From Giardia intestinalis (taxonomy: Eukaryota), in NCBI GenBank assembly GCA_000002435.2, contig CM018790.1: DNA of 64,000 bases; one strand, given 5' to 3'. The notes beneath the pieces were generated by a model, which worked only from the letters and a program-made list of their open reading frames with translations, did not search any database and was not told where the DNA came from. A program made the position numbers and the translations under genes. Shown piece by piece: positions 47,457 to 57,807 of this stretch; the stretch's first letter is position 1, and each line of letters opens with the position of its first letter.

Positions 47457-49541
47457 TCACTCTGTTTTGGTTGCTAGAGAGGGCATTATCCGGAGCGCAG
47501 ATATAAAGATGGTTGCGACAAGTACAAACATGCATGCCCGCTCCCAGTAGCTGGCCAGGGCTTCGTTTGGTAAACTCATTTCGATAATGTCCAGATAGGG
47601 TCCTGATGTTAGAAGAATAGCGTTTTTGTGTTCTGTTGGGTGTAGGCGTGCAAATAATATCGTGCTACTGGCACGTGAACCCTCGTCGTCATGAAACACG
47701 TCGGCTGTATCGGCATGCTGCATGCTATCTTCAGGTAACTTAAATATGGCCATTTCTTTGCCATTGTACAGGTCAAAGATATGTGCCCGCGTGCCCATGG
47801 TAAACACTAATACAGAATGCGAACCGGAGGCCCATTGGATGGACATGTGTGCATTCAAACTTGTGGGGATGAAGTCCGTGACAGCCGTTCGCCAAAGAAT
47901 GGCATTTGTGCTGGTAGAAAGCGCATAGATAACGCCACCCGGCGTCAAGAAGAAGGCTAGGTGGCTATTAAGCCTCTCGTCGAGATGTAATATGGGGCCA
48001 ACAAGGGATTTAATAGGATCAGGCGGTTCGTCAAATGTAGCTCCCGTGCTAAGTAGTGTGGACCTCTCTGACAGAGATAGATGCTCAATTTCCTCTGTGA
48101 GCGTCCCATTAACGCTTCTGACGCGAATATAGTCGTAGTACTTAACATCGTAAGTCTTGGCCTGCTTGAGTGAACGATCGGAGAGATAAGAAATGAATAC
48201 CTCGCCGTATTCAGCTCCTGGTTCTAGGAGGACCCCGGGCATGACGCTGTAGGCTGCTATTTCTTCCCCAGTGGCTTCATCCAAGAGAGCTATGAAGGTC
48301 GGGGAATGAAAGGCCACGATCTTGAGTCCACTTATGCCACTTATATAGTCATCGTCGTAGGCTATAATATAGTGAGATACCCCGTGGGATAGTCTATGCA
48401 CGTTGTGCTGTGTATTAAATACGTCTCGCTGCCGTAGGTATCTCCGCAGAATTTCCCAAGAGTGATCCTTCACACTAAGCCCCAGCTTCCGGGCCTTCTT
48501 TTCATCAAGAGAACACCCCCTTTTTGGTAACTTGTTGTTGCTTTTGGCAGAAAATATCTCTGAAACATTATACACCTCACAGACAGCATCAATCTCGCTT
48601 AGCAGCCATTCGGGCTCGAAGTCCTTTAGCATCCGTGTGCTCCAAGCTCGGCTGGGGATTGTTGCCGTGTTGATCCATTGCGCAGCCCCAGTCGTCAGAC
48701 TTAGTGCAGCCAAGAGAACAAGCCCGTCACCGGTAGGCGATCGTGCCACGGCGGACACAATAGCAGTATTCTCTGAAATTTCAACCTTATGAGAGACTAT
48801 CTGAAACGTAGAGAAGGCGTCCAACTCCATCTGGAATAAATCCCCCAACTCTTTGTTCACCCAAAGAGTCTTCATGTCTCTAGTAAGAAGGAAGACCTCG
48901 AGCGTGTCTGTGACGCCTGCTATATACCGTCGTGTCTTGTATGCAGCAAAGTCTGTCATCAACTTCGTTGATATCTTCTGGTCAACGCTACGAACGCGAG
49001 TCTTTAGGATGCGCTCATCGTTGAGGGTGGGAGGATTCTCTTGAATCAGGTGTCTGATGTGCCCCATTGCTCCTGTGCGTACCACAGCAGAATACGCTTC
49101 ATACTGCCAGGGATGGTTGGGGTCTTCTGCACCATGGAGGTCTACAGTTTTACAAATAGCCGGCTTCATGCGATTGACCGTAAGAACGGATGCTTTATGC
49201 TGATAGGGAGAAGTATATCTAGATGCAGCGTAACATCGATCCACAGACATTGCACGCTGAAGACCAACTAGCATGACAGCATCAACAAGAGACTCAGAAG
49301 TATAAGGATCGTAGAGGGGCAAGAGCAAATGGGGTGCCTCAACAACCTTTCCCTCCTGCACAGTCTCAACTACACCTGTAATGAGGCCCGCTTTGACGTG
49401 TGCTTCGTAATACTCGTTTCCGTAGACCCTAAGGGCCGAGGTGACGGGCTCGAGAGCCATCCCCTGTTCCTGTAAAAAGCAGAATGGAACAATCAAAATT
49501 GCTGCCAAAATAGCCAAGTAATCGGTCATGCGCAGCCGCAT
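47457..49541 (-). CDS. Type I membrane protein with a large luminal beta-propeller-like domain. It is tentatively EMC1-like.
   Basis: The N-terminal signal/anchor is MRLRMTDYLAILAAILIVPFCFL. There is a single C-terminal TM (ACMFVLVATIFISALRIM) with a short tail. PQQ-like segments such as GGVIYALSTSTNAILWRTAV are present. This overall architecture resembles ER membrane complex subunit 1. The family call is weak. Confidence 0.3.
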   Translation of the reverse strand: MRLRMTDYLAILAAILIVPFCFLQEQGMALEPVTSALRVYGNEYYEAHVKAGLITGVVETVQEGKVVEAPHLLLPLYDPYTSESLVDAVMLVGLQRAMSVDRCYAASRYTSPYQHKASVLTVNRMKPAICKTVDLHGAEDPNHPWQYEAYSAVVRTGAMGHIRHLIQENPPTLNDERILKTRVRSVDQKISTKLMTDFAAYKTRRYIAGVTDTLEVFLLTRDMKTLWVNKELGDLFQMELDAFSTFQIVSHKVEISENTAIVSAVARSPTGDGLVLLAALSLTTGAAQWINTATIPSRAWSTRMLKDFEPEWLLSEIDAVCEVYNVSEIFSAKSNNKLPKRGCSLDEKKARKLGLSVKDHSWEILRRYLRQRDVFNTQHNVHRLSHGVSHYIIAYDDDYISGISGLKIVAFHSPTFIALLDEATGEEIAAYSVMPGVLLEPGAEYGEVFISYLSDRSLKQAKTYDVKYYDYIRVRSVNGTLTEEIEHLSLSERSTLLSTGATFDEPPDPIKSLVGPILHLDERLNSHLAFFLTPGGVIYALSTSTNAILWRTAVTDFIPTSLNAHMSIQWASGSHSVLVFTMGTRAHIFDLYNGKEMAIFKLPEDSMQHADTADVFHDDEGSRASSTILFARLHPTEHKNAILLTSGPYLDIIEMSLPNEALASYWERACMFVLVATIFISALRIMPSLATKTE

Positions 49542-49702
49542 TCCTAAAACGCTATGGTAGTGGGGCTGACTAGATGCGCAGACGCCAAGCTAGACAAAAT
49601 CCCTGCGACTTTGTATAACTGGATGCAATAAGAATTAATTAAATTTATTTCAATAGAAATTTCAATGGAATTGGCGGATTTACCTGTTTAACCTTTACTA
49701 AA

Positions 49703-52700
49703 ATGAGTCACTTCGGGATCAAGTACCAGGTCTCCGACATTGTCAGCAACGACGTGTATCTGAAAATCAGCCAAGGAAAGAGGCGATCTGATGGCGCTCT
49801 GGTAACTTTTAGGGAATTAGACTACCACAATCTAATCAGTGCAAACATGCCCCTGAACTTTTATGAGCTCGAGGCTCATAGCAAGATAAATCACTATGCC
49901 ATTTGCCGCATTGAAGAAATGCACCACGATCAGCACAGGTCGCGTCTCTTCCTTGTCACGGAGTTTTGGGACAATAAAACACTTGCCGATCTTACCAGCG
50001 CTCATAAGCAGACGGGGGTGCCCGTTCCAGAAGATCTTGTCTGGCGAATCTTAGTCCACGCAAACGAGGGCCTCTTTTACTACCACAGTGTGTTCAAAAG
50101 CAACGCCCCTGATGTTCGGCGTATCTTGCACAGACACATCACCCCACAATCCATCGTTATGAGGAATAATGGAGCCGTTAAGATCGTCCACCCAGAGATA
50201 CCCTATCTGATTGCTATTCGGGATCACTCCAACATTTCCCCTGAGGAGAAGAAGTACGTTGCTCCAGAGGTGCTGGGAGGCAGGGGATTCTCGGACCGTT
50301 CTGACATATATGCTCTCGGCTGCATCATCTATCAGTTGTGTACGCTGCGCAACTTTGCCGACGTGTTCAAGAATGATATTTCTTACTACACTAATCCGCG
50401 CACCACGGTCCCCAATCCAGAACCCAACGGAGGCCGTATGTATACTGCCTTACTCCCAAACTATTCCCAGGAACTGAATGAAATTATCGGGAATATGACG
50501 GCATTTGATGAGACGCGTCGCTTCACCAGTAACGATGTGCGCAACTTCCCCAAATCTCGCCACGTTCTAGACCAGGACCTGGGGAGTGGTATCTACAAGT
50601 ACGCTAGCACGGATTACAACCCGGACGTCTATAAGGAAATTTTCACACCAGGGCATACGACCGATCCCATGTACAGTAGGAACACCCTTACCAGCACAGG
50701 GTATCTTACCAATCCGCCAGAGACGTATGCACCGAGTACATTTTCGCCATCAGGAACTCAGCTAACGACTACCTTCCCGCAGAGTACAGAGGTTGTGGAA
50801 GGAGATCCGTCATTTGCAAGTTCGGGGAAGAAGTCTCGATCAGCTTCGAAGACGGGCCGTGCAAAAACACCAAAGGAAAAAACTTCCAGGGCGAAAACTC
50901 CCAAGGCAAAGACGCCTAAAACGAAGACTCCTAAGACAAAAGGGAAGAGTCTTAGGGACGCCGAATCGACAGAATATTATGATCCACCTACAGCAGATAT
51001 GAATCTTTACCATAGCCCTACTGCAACAACAGTGATGCGCTCGACATACAATATCCCCACTGCAGATAATTATCAACCTCTTATCTACACAGAGAAGCCA
51101 TACTATGATCCTGGAACATCAACGTTTAGGGCAATGCCCATTTCAGATCGCGTATCGGCCAGCCCAGATAACCGTGGCCGTGGGCCTGCAGGTGTTACAA
51201 ACAGTTATGGAGGCACTAGCAATAGACTATCGTGGAACGAGCATGCCGATTACGACACTCAGTCGGAAGTGCCACGTCTAAGAACACCTGGCCTAACAAC
51301 CTCGGTTCCATCTCAGGCTGGGACTCCTCGTGAAGCCATAGAGGTGTACTCTCAACCTTCCCAGTACTCAACACGCTCTATGCGTAGTACCACAGAGCGC
51401 GATAACACGGGACAAGCAAAGAATAGGCGGCACTCTAGTAGCCGCGATCTCGACTATGTTATTCCTGAATACATCGACGAGCTCCTACGCGACATCATTG
51501 CTAGCAAGTTCGGACAAAAAGCAAACGTTGATAACATCCTTCAAGAGCTTTATAAAGTTGTTCCGGGAACACTTTTAACCGAGGGACGCAAGGTCTATGC
51601 TCCAGACGATATCGTCCAGATGCTAATGCTCAAAGAGGAGCTCGAGCGCAAGGTGGAGCCGTATCTCAATCGACTGACGATTCCGAATAGCACTACTTCG
51701 AAGGGAAGCTACAGTTATGGATCCTATCGCGACGACGACTCTATAGATAGATCACCCCACACTACTTACAGGACATCAAGCAATTCCACAACTCATCTGA
51801 GCATCAACACGATGAACCCCACGGAGACGCGTGGAACCCTCCTCAAGGACAGAACCATGACCAGCAGACTCCACACCAAGTCATTCAACGACCACACGCC
51901 TGATACTGTTAACAACCTCCGTGATTCTCAAGTATTTTCGGGGGAGGATACAGTCTCTAACGATCTGACTCCGCTGATGCGCGCTGCAATCCGCAATGAC
52001 GTGGACGCTGTTGAGTCTTCCATTTCCGAATATGGCGGATACAGCAATCTGACTGGAAACACGGCTCTTATGATGGCAGCATCTAAGAATAATTATAACG
52101 TGATACCGAAGTTAATTCCTCGCGAAGCAAAGATTGTGGATCGTGATGGCTTGACCGCTCTCAATTACGCTGCATACTACGGTCACGTCGAGTCTGTCAA
52201 ACTGCTTATGGATCATGAGGCAGGCATTCAATCAAACTATGGGCAGACAGCATTGATGGCGGCGTGCGACCGCCAGCATTTGAACATCGTTAAGCTGCTA
52301 AAGCATCGAGAGGGTGGACTTGTCAATAACGTCGGGGAGACCGCGCTTATGAGGGCCGTAAAGGCAGGAAATACGTTCATCGTGCAGGAGCTTTTGGATA
52401 CGGAGGCCGGTATCAGAAACCAGGACGGAGAAACAGCTCTTATGCTCGCCGCTCACGCCGGCAACATGAGTCTTTGCAGAGCGTTACTTGCGAAAGAAAT
52501 AGGTCTCCAGTCTAAGTACGGGCAAACGGCTCTCATGGTGGCAGCACAACGCAATAACATGCAGCTTTGCGAGCTCCTTATTGGCCGTGAGGTCAATCTT
52601 AAGGATAATTCGGAAGAAACTGCCTTGATGAAGGCGGCCAGGGTTGGTGCCACTGATGCCGTCCGTTTTCTGATGAACTTTGAGGCAGGGATGAAGGGCA

Positions 52701-53056
52701 GGGACGGTATAACAGCCCTGATGATAGCTGCTGAAGAGGGACATAAGGACATCGTCCAGCTGCTAATCCCTCGCGAGAAGATGATGGTGATGCGCGACGG
52801 TTCCTCTGCTCTGATGCTCGCAGTGTGTACGCGCCACCTGGAGGTGGTCAAGCTCCTGGCGCCCGTGGAGTCGAAGATGCAGAAGGCAACAGGGGAGACG
52901 GCTATGATAATTGCAATCCGTAACAAGCGCCCCGAGTGTGCCCGCCTGCTTCTGGAGTACGAGGGCAGCATGAAGCACAATGGAATGAATGTTCTTCAGA
53001 TCGCAGACGCAGAGGGCGAGTACGCGCTCGTCGAGGATCTGCGAGGCCTGGTGTGA
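49703..53056 (+). CDS. NEK-family pseudokinase with a KTPK-repeat linker and C-terminal ankyrin repeats.
   Basis: The N-terminal ~260 aa have a kinase fold signature (APEVLGG...SDIYALGCIIYQL) but lack the canonical catalytic residues:
- there is no GxGxxG loop
- the VAIK lysine context is ALVTFRE
- the catalytic loop is HRHITPQS instead of HRDLKPxN
- there is no DFG
The middle is S/T/P-rich with the repeats AKTPKEKTSRAKTPKAKTPKTKTPKTKGK. The C-terminal ~350 aa are about 10 ankyrin repeats (TALMMAASKNN, LTALNYAAYYGHVESVKLLM, and so on). Confidence 0.75.
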   Translation: MSHFGIKYQVSDIVSNDVYLKISQGKRRSDGALVTFRELDYHNLISANMPLNFYELEAHSKINHYAICRIEEMHHDQHRSRLFLVTEFWDNKTLADLTSAHKQTGVPVPEDLVWRILVHANEGLFYYHSVFKSNAPDVRRILHRHITPQSIVMRNNGAVKIVHPEIPYLIAIRDHSNISPEEKKYVAPEVLGGRGFSDRSDIYALGCIIYQLCTLRNFADVFKNDISYYTNPRTTVPNPEPNGGRMYTALLPNYSQELNEIIGNMTAFDETRRFTSNDVRNFPKSRHVLDQDLGSGIYKYASTDYNPDVYKEIFTPGHTTDPMYSRNTLTSTGYLTNPPETYAPSTFSPSGTQLTTTFPQSTEVVEGDPSFASSGKKSRSASKTGRAKTPKEKTSRAKTPKAKTPKTKTPKTKGKSLRDAESTEYYDPPTADMNLYHSPTATTVMRSTYNIPTADNYQPLIYTEKPYYDPGTSTFRAMPISDRVSASPDNRGRGPAGVTNSYGGTSNRLSWNEHADYDTQSEVPRLRTPGLTTSVPSQAGTPREAIEVYSQPSQYSTRSMRSTTERDNTGQAKNRRHSSSRDLDYVIPEYIDELLRDIIASKFGQKANVDNILQELYKVVPGTLLTEGRKVYAPDDIVQMLMLKEELERKVEPYLNRLTIPNSTTSKGSYSYGSYRDDDSIDRSPHTTYRTSSNSTTHLSINTMNPTETRGTLLKDRTMTSRLHTKSFNDHTPDTVNNLRDSQVFSGEDTVSNDLTPLMRAAIRNDVDAVESSISEYGGYSNLTGNTALMMAASKNNYNVIPKLIPREAKIVDRDGLTALNYAAYYGHVESVKLLMDHEAGIQSNYGQTALMAACDRQHLNIVKLLKHREGGLVNNVGETALMRAVKAGNTFIVQELLDTEAGIRNQDGETALMLAAHAGNMSLCRALLAKEIGLQSKYGQTALMVAAQRNNMQLCELLIGREVNLKDNSEETALMKAARVGATDAVRFLMNFEAGMKGRDGITALMIAAEEGHKDIVQLLIPREKMMVMRDGSSALMLAVCTRHLEVVKLLAPVESKMQKATGETAMIIAIRNKRPECARLLLEYEGSMKHNGMNVLQIADAEGEYALVEDLRGLV

Positions 53057-53062
53057 GTAAAC

Positions 53063-53135
53063 TGGACGATGGGGGATTTGAACCCCCGGCCTCGACGATG
53101 CAAACGTCGCGCTCTACCAACTGAGCTAACCGCCC
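53063..53135 (-). tRNA. tRNA-Ala (anticodon UGC).
   Basis: The reverse complement folds as a canonical 73-nt cloverleaf: GGGCGGT TA GCTC AGTTGGTA GAGC G CGACG TTTGCAT CGTCG AGGCC GGGGG TTCAAAT CCCCC ATCGTCC A. The acceptor stem has a G3:U70 pair, the alanine identity element. The anticodon loop is TT-TGC-AT. The T-loop is TTCAAAT. No CCA is encoded. The 3' end of the tRNA lies 7 nt after the stop of the NEK gene, on the opposite strand. Confidence 0.85.
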
Positions 53136-53273
53136 GTGCCAAGGGAAAAAATGCCAACATGCGCGAAAAGGTACTTCAAAGGTTTCTAGGTCTCTAAGGA
53201 TGTGTCGGGGGCTTCTGCAGACGATCCGCGGAGGGCCCCTACCAAATGAAAATTCAAAAAAATCATTTCAATT

Positions 53274-53771
53274 TTGAATATGCCACCTGCAAAGGCCGGA
53301 AGCAAGCTTTCTGCCGAGGTCCAGAAGAAGATCGAGGCCATCCGCAAGCAGAAGAAGGCCCTCCCCAAGGGCATGGAGCCTGTCCCCAAGGAGCACGTGG
53401 CCATTAGCGATCAGATCTCAATTCTTACATCTGCAGGCTTTGTGCCGCTCTCTATGGATGCCGTGCGCATCTACCAGGGTGATAAGGTCACTGAGATCAC
53501 CAAGCTTCAATTCATGGGCAACCCGAGGGACAACATCTGGAGCATCAGCGGGACCGAGACCGAGAAGGCGATTTCAGATGTACCAGATAACGATTCTTAC
53601 GTAGAGATGTTCCGCAAATACATGTCGCAGATGTCTAAGGAGTTTGCTGCCAATGACAAGGCCAAGAGTGACACCGCTAACAAGGAGCCAGAGGCCGAGG
53701 CTGCGACGGAGAACCAGGCGGCAGCAGACACTGCTCCCAAGCCTGAACAAGAAGAAAAGGTGGAGGAGTAA
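53274..53771 (+). CDS. Small protein with an acidic C-terminal tail. It may carry a NAC domain (nascent-polypeptide-associated complex subunit-like).
   Basis: The 165-aa ORF has an ATG start. The block VRIYQGDKVTEITKLQFMGNPRDNIWSISGTETEKAISDV resembles the NAC-domain end (…NTFTITGHAETKQLTEM in BTF3). The tail is K/E/A-rich. The assignment is weak. Confidence 0.3.
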   Translation: MNMPPAKAGSKLSAEVQKKIEAIRKQKKALPKGMEPVPKEHVAISDQISILTSAGFVPLSMDAVRIYQGDKVTEITKLQFMGNPRDNIWSISGTETEKAISDVPDNDSYVEMFRKYMSQMSKEFAANDKAKSDTANKEPEAEAATENQAAADTAPKPEQEEKVEE

Positions 53772-53862
53772 ATTTACCTCTCCGTTTCAGGGGGCCGTGC
53801 GGCGCGCATTCTCTTACACAGATTGACAATGCAGGCCGTTTACATTTAATTCTTCAAATCCC

Positions 53863-56800
53863 ATGGGCTCAGATAGCTACTTTCCGAGTGATGTAGTGCG
53901 TTCAGCCACCCCGTGGTACCACTGGTACGAGAATTGCGAGGTTCAGAATGTCTCCACAACAATCCCTAACAATGACATTCCGTCGTATTTTGAGACAATT
54001 TATAAGGAGGTCGTGAGCCACGAGCGCGCTCTCTTTCGCCAACAAAAGTATGGAAAACGGGACGAGCGGTGGATAGAAGCCACTATGGCCAAGGGAACGT
54101 TTAAAGACAGGATTGCCACAATGACCATGTATGCTCGTGAAAACCCAGTAACAAGCATTGAACTACTTACCAATTTGGAAGAGCTGTGTAAGGATAAAAA
54201 GAGAAATGTGGCTGACGTGCTTCCTGCACTGATTGAGCTCTTTGATCTGACTCTTCCGGTCAACCGCCCTCTGATCTCGTTGGAACGTCGTTGCTTGGTG
54301 TTAAAGACGTCCGGCACTCAATACCTCCTTCCATCACATAAAGGAATTCTAGCCTCTTGGTACTTCGAGAACTTTCTCTTGCAGTACCTCCATCGCCTTC
54401 TTGTCTGGATTACCGATGAAATGGGCGCTGACCCTCAAGAGTGGATGCGGCAGAAGGCCGTGGAAACTGCTTTTGAGTTGCTGCCCTATCCTACGACGAC
54501 TGAGAGATGTATTCGCTACATGATAGACAAGATGGGCGACCCTGTCGGAAACATTGCCTCTTGTAGCGCATCTCGTCTGCGCACGGCAATCTACTTGCTA
54601 CACAGTAACTTATCGTGGACTGTGAGTGTCGTGGAGAAGGAGAGCGATGCATCTAGACACAAGTTTATGCTATACGGAAAAGACAATCGAATCAAGTTCC
54701 TGATGGGCTGCATCGCGCAGTCAATCTCTTTCCTGAGCAGACCTAACATCTCACAAAAGATGCTGAAGACCATTGTATCATTCATTGCTTTCAATATCCT
54801 TCCATTCATTCAGGGCCAATCCGATGCAGAGGTGCGCCTCATCTCAGATCTTTCAGAGCTATTCTTTGGATTGCTTAACAGGCAGTTGGCTGAGGTGTGC
54901 AAGGTAGAAGTTAAGGATTCAAAGATTGTTCATATGAAGAGCAAAAAGCACAAGAAGGGTTCAAAGACAAGAACCACAGAGGCGGCACAAATGCAAGAGT
55001 TCTCCGTGCTGAAGTACATCCTGCAGGGATTGAGCACTTCGCTGAAGTATGCTGACCTTCGCCTAATAGGCAATTTAGATGGTCATGTCCATACGCTTTC
55101 TGCCATGTTGCGTGCTACCAAGTATCATATTTCCATGCTTGTTGCCACCGTTCTCCTTACTGTTGCCGAGAAGGCCGTGGGGTCTGGGCAGCCTCGCGTA
55201 GTCCAGGGATTGGATAATCAGGTAGCGAAGACTGCCGTCAATGCATACTATTCCCTAATCAACCGGTTTGAGGCCGCGCATGTGACTTATAAGTCTCGTA
55301 CTGGCTTGCTCTTGAGTGGCATGGGCCGGTGTATGCAGTTGACTGCCAATGGGATATTCACTTCTAAGAACATACAAGCGGCCTTTTGGAAGCGCTGCCT
55401 TCAAACAGGTCTTGTTGCTGGGAACGGAAGCTTTGTTTGCGGAGCTGTGCTTGCTCTGGGCACAACGATGCTGAGACTAAACAATTATGGGACCTCGACA
55501 GCAGGATTAGCAGCAAATGCTAAGAGCAACACCAACACAGTCATGAGAGTCATGCCCTTCACTGTCTCGTACTTGATGTCTAGCTATAAGAAAACGGTGG
55601 ACAGCGGAAATCGTCCCGTTGTGCGTCAGTCTCTTCAAGCCCAGCAGAGGGAACATCCCAAGCCAGTTGAAGAAACAAAGAAAGAGGAGAGAACAAAGGA
55701 GCCAGTGGTTGTCACTAGTAAGCCGACTGCACACCTAGAGCTGTTATTACCGTCCAGGGGAACTGAAGCCAGGCCTGCTGCAAGTGAGAAGCAAAGACAA
55801 ACGGTTCAGGAAATCGAAGCAGATACGACTAGAAGATACATTCCTGAAGCATATAATCCTGCGACATCCTCTGCAGCTAACGATGAGCTCTGGGAGCTGC
55901 TTATTCTACAAAACCACTACCACTTAGGTGTACAGAAGGCCCTCAGTCTAATGTTGACGGAGAACACCTTTGGACGGTATGTAAAATCAGACGCTGGTGA
56001 CTATGATAAGCTCGATGCTCCCGCTGAGTTTTCTAGCAAGGCTGCCATCGATTTCATCGACGGGCGGACTGACTATTGTGTCTCCAAGTCTAGGTATGAT
56101 TTAGCGCGCACGTATCCGAACGTATGCGTCAACGGATCAATGTATGAAGCTCTAGCAACACTTTATAATATGAAAGGAAAAAGACAAAAGGCTGCAAGTG
56201 TTAAGCGCATCACAGACACGCTGGATGCTGTCACACCGAAAGAATTTCTCACCAACTACAAGAACAAGGCAGACATTTACACGGATAAGCAGCGAACGGA
56301 TGCTGTCAATAGGATGACCGATGAGGAGCGCGATGAATACATTCTGGAAGCCATGAAGCAAGAGGGCCTCATCGATAGCTCTGGTAAGGCAATAGATTTG
56401 GATAAGAAGCATGCGGAGAGGCATAGGGCGTCATACATCGGAGGAGAGATTCATGATGAAAATGATGACTCCAGTTATCACTTGGATGATGCGTCGCAGG
56501 AATTCACAAGTAACATATCATATTCAGACGAGGATTCGGATGGCAGAGATGGAGACGAAGAGGAGTACGAAGAAACAGAAGCAAACGAGCTGGACGTCAA
56601 TCAAGGCTCAATGACGAAGCGCGAGAGACTAATGATGATAAAGAAAGCAGCTGGGCCCCGTGGGTTTGTCAGTGCAGACCTGGTCTTCGGTGATGATAGC
56701 AGCGACCTCGAGATCGATGATAAAGCCTCTTCGAGAGCCGCGTCAAGGAAGCATGTCGGTCCCGCTATGGGAACAAAGTTACCAATGCAATCTCCTGGAA

Positions 56801-57042
56801 CGCAATGTATCGCAGATTATGTTGATAGTGAGGAATCTGGCATTGATAGGAAGAACAGAGGTAAGGAATTGCTTAATGACAGCCTACTTCCGAGCACTGA
56901 TGATGATAGTGATGAATACCAGGAGGACGTTCCATATGTTACTCGCGCCAGGGTTAGCCTGGCTGCCAAAGAACAAACACCGTCGGGACGTCGATCTCTC
57001 CAAGCGCGGATGCAGACCCGGACTAGGGGCCTGAAGAAGTAG
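53863..57042 (+). CDS. Large nucleolar-type protein with an acidic Ser/Asp/Glu tail. It is tentatively from the Noc/CBF (Mak21-like) ribosome-biogenesis family.
   Basis: The 1059-aa ORF has an ATG start after an AT-rich context. The central part is helical-repeat-like. The C-terminal ~200 aa have SDEDSDGRDGDEEEYEE and SDDDSDEYQED acidic runs with K/R patches, which are typical of nucleolar pre-ribosomal factors. I could not pin a specific domain motif. Confidence 0.3.
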   Translation: MGSDSYFPSDVVRSATPWYHWYENCEVQNVSTTIPNNDIPSYFETIYKEVVSHERALFRQQKYGKRDERWIEATMAKGTFKDRIATMTMYARENPVTSIELLTNLEELCKDKKRNVADVLPALIELFDLTLPVNRPLISLERRCLVLKTSGTQYLLPSHKGILASWYFENFLLQYLHRLLVWITDEMGADPQEWMRQKAVETAFELLPYPTTTERCIRYMIDKMGDPVGNIASCSASRLRTAIYLLHSNLSWTVSVVEKESDASRHKFMLYGKDNRIKFLMGCIAQSISFLSRPNISQKMLKTIVSFIAFNILPFIQGQSDAEVRLISDLSELFFGLLNRQLAEVCKVEVKDSKIVHMKSKKHKKGSKTRTTEAAQMQEFSVLKYILQGLSTSLKYADLRLIGNLDGHVHTLSAMLRATKYHISMLVATVLLTVAEKAVGSGQPRVVQGLDNQVAKTAVNAYYSLINRFEAAHVTYKSRTGLLLSGMGRCMQLTANGIFTSKNIQAAFWKRCLQTGLVAGNGSFVCGAVLALGTTMLRLNNYGTSTAGLAANAKSNTNTVMRVMPFTVSYLMSSYKKTVDSGNRPVVRQSLQAQQREHPKPVEETKKEERTKEPVVVTSKPTAHLELLLPSRGTEARPAASEKQRQTVQEIEADTTRRYIPEAYNPATSSAANDELWELLILQNHYHLGVQKALSLMLTENTFGRYVKSDAGDYDKLDAPAEFSSKAAIDFIDGRTDYCVSKSRYDLARTYPNVCVNGSMYEALATLYNMKGKRQKAASVKRITDTLDAVTPKEFLTNYKNKADIYTDKQRTDAVNRMTDEERDEYILEAMKQEGLIDSSGKAIDLDKKHAERHRASYIGGEIHDENDDSSYHLDDASQEFTSNISYSDEDSDGRDGDEEEYEETEANELDVNQGSMTKRERLMMIKKAAGPRGFVSADLVFGDDSSDLEIDDKASSRAASRKHVGPAMGTKLPMQSPGTQCIADYVDSEESGIDRKNRGKELLNDSLLPSTDDDSDEYQEDVPYVTRARVSLAAKEQTPSGRRSLQARMQTRTRGLKK

Positions 57043-57159
57043 GCCGTGTTGTTACAAAAAAGTAAATGTAGCGTTTTTTATGGAAGGAGATAAAAGAAAG
57101 GTAGGTTAAAATAAAGATTTATTTCGGAGCAAGTGGTAACAGTAGGGAAAAACCTGCCA

Positions 57160-57729
57160 ATGTCCCATGCTGCAGACCAAGAAATGGAAAAGGAGGCTAT
57201 TCGCGCCATATACCCGGAAGGCTTTGTCGATCTTGCCCCATATGAGTACATCTTTCAGTTTCCCGTGCCCGGCTTCGGCGATGCATTCATAAGGCTCCAT
57301 ATCCAATATCCTCCGGAGTATCCAGAAGCACCCGCCAACATCTGCTCTTGTGAGGCTATCAACCTCCACCAGTCTGCCTCTAGCAAGGTGATTCAAGCAA
57401 TAAATAGTCGACACATGGAGCTGGCCGGAGAGCCATACATCGCAGCTCTGTCCATGTTGGTTGAGGATGCTCTAGGTCTTCAAACTGATGAGGATACAGA
57501 GGCATGCCCCACTCCCTCCGCTGCCAACTTACCAAGTGAAGAGGAGTTCAACCCTGGCTTACTTCCTGGGCCTCCTCTTACAGCAGAAAATTTCAAGGAG
57601 TGGTGGACTACCTTTTGCGTAGAGAATAACATATCATTGGAAGACGTCGATGAGCAGTGTGCGCGACCAACCGGACGGCAGATCTGGGAGGAGATGGAAC
57701 GGGGCGGTGCACCTATGACTACTGTGTGA
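57160..57729 (+). CDS. RWD-domain protein.
   Basis: The N-terminal block EMEKEAIRAIYPEGFVDL...FIRLHIQYPPEYPEAPANI fits the RWD signature (E.EAL.SIY.DE..., ...YP...P). The track start at 57133 is GTG. The first ATG (MSHAADQ) is at 57160, and AT-rich ggttaaaataaagatttatttc lies about 40 bp upstream. Confidence 0.55.
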   Translation: MSHAADQEMEKEAIRAIYPEGFVDLAPYEYIFQFPVPGFGDAFIRLHIQYPPEYPEAPANICSCEAINLHQSASSKVIQAINSRHMELAGEPYIAALSMLVEDALGLQTDEDTEACPTPSAANLPSEEEFNPGLLPGPPLTAENFKEWWTTFCVENNISLEDVDEQCARPTGRQIWEEMERGGAPMTTV

Positions 57730-57807
57730 AGTGCCCTACTCCTCATTCGTTGTGTTAGCATCTCAATGGAATTCAGCAACCTTTGCGCTTGTGGAGTGTA
57801 AAAAAAT

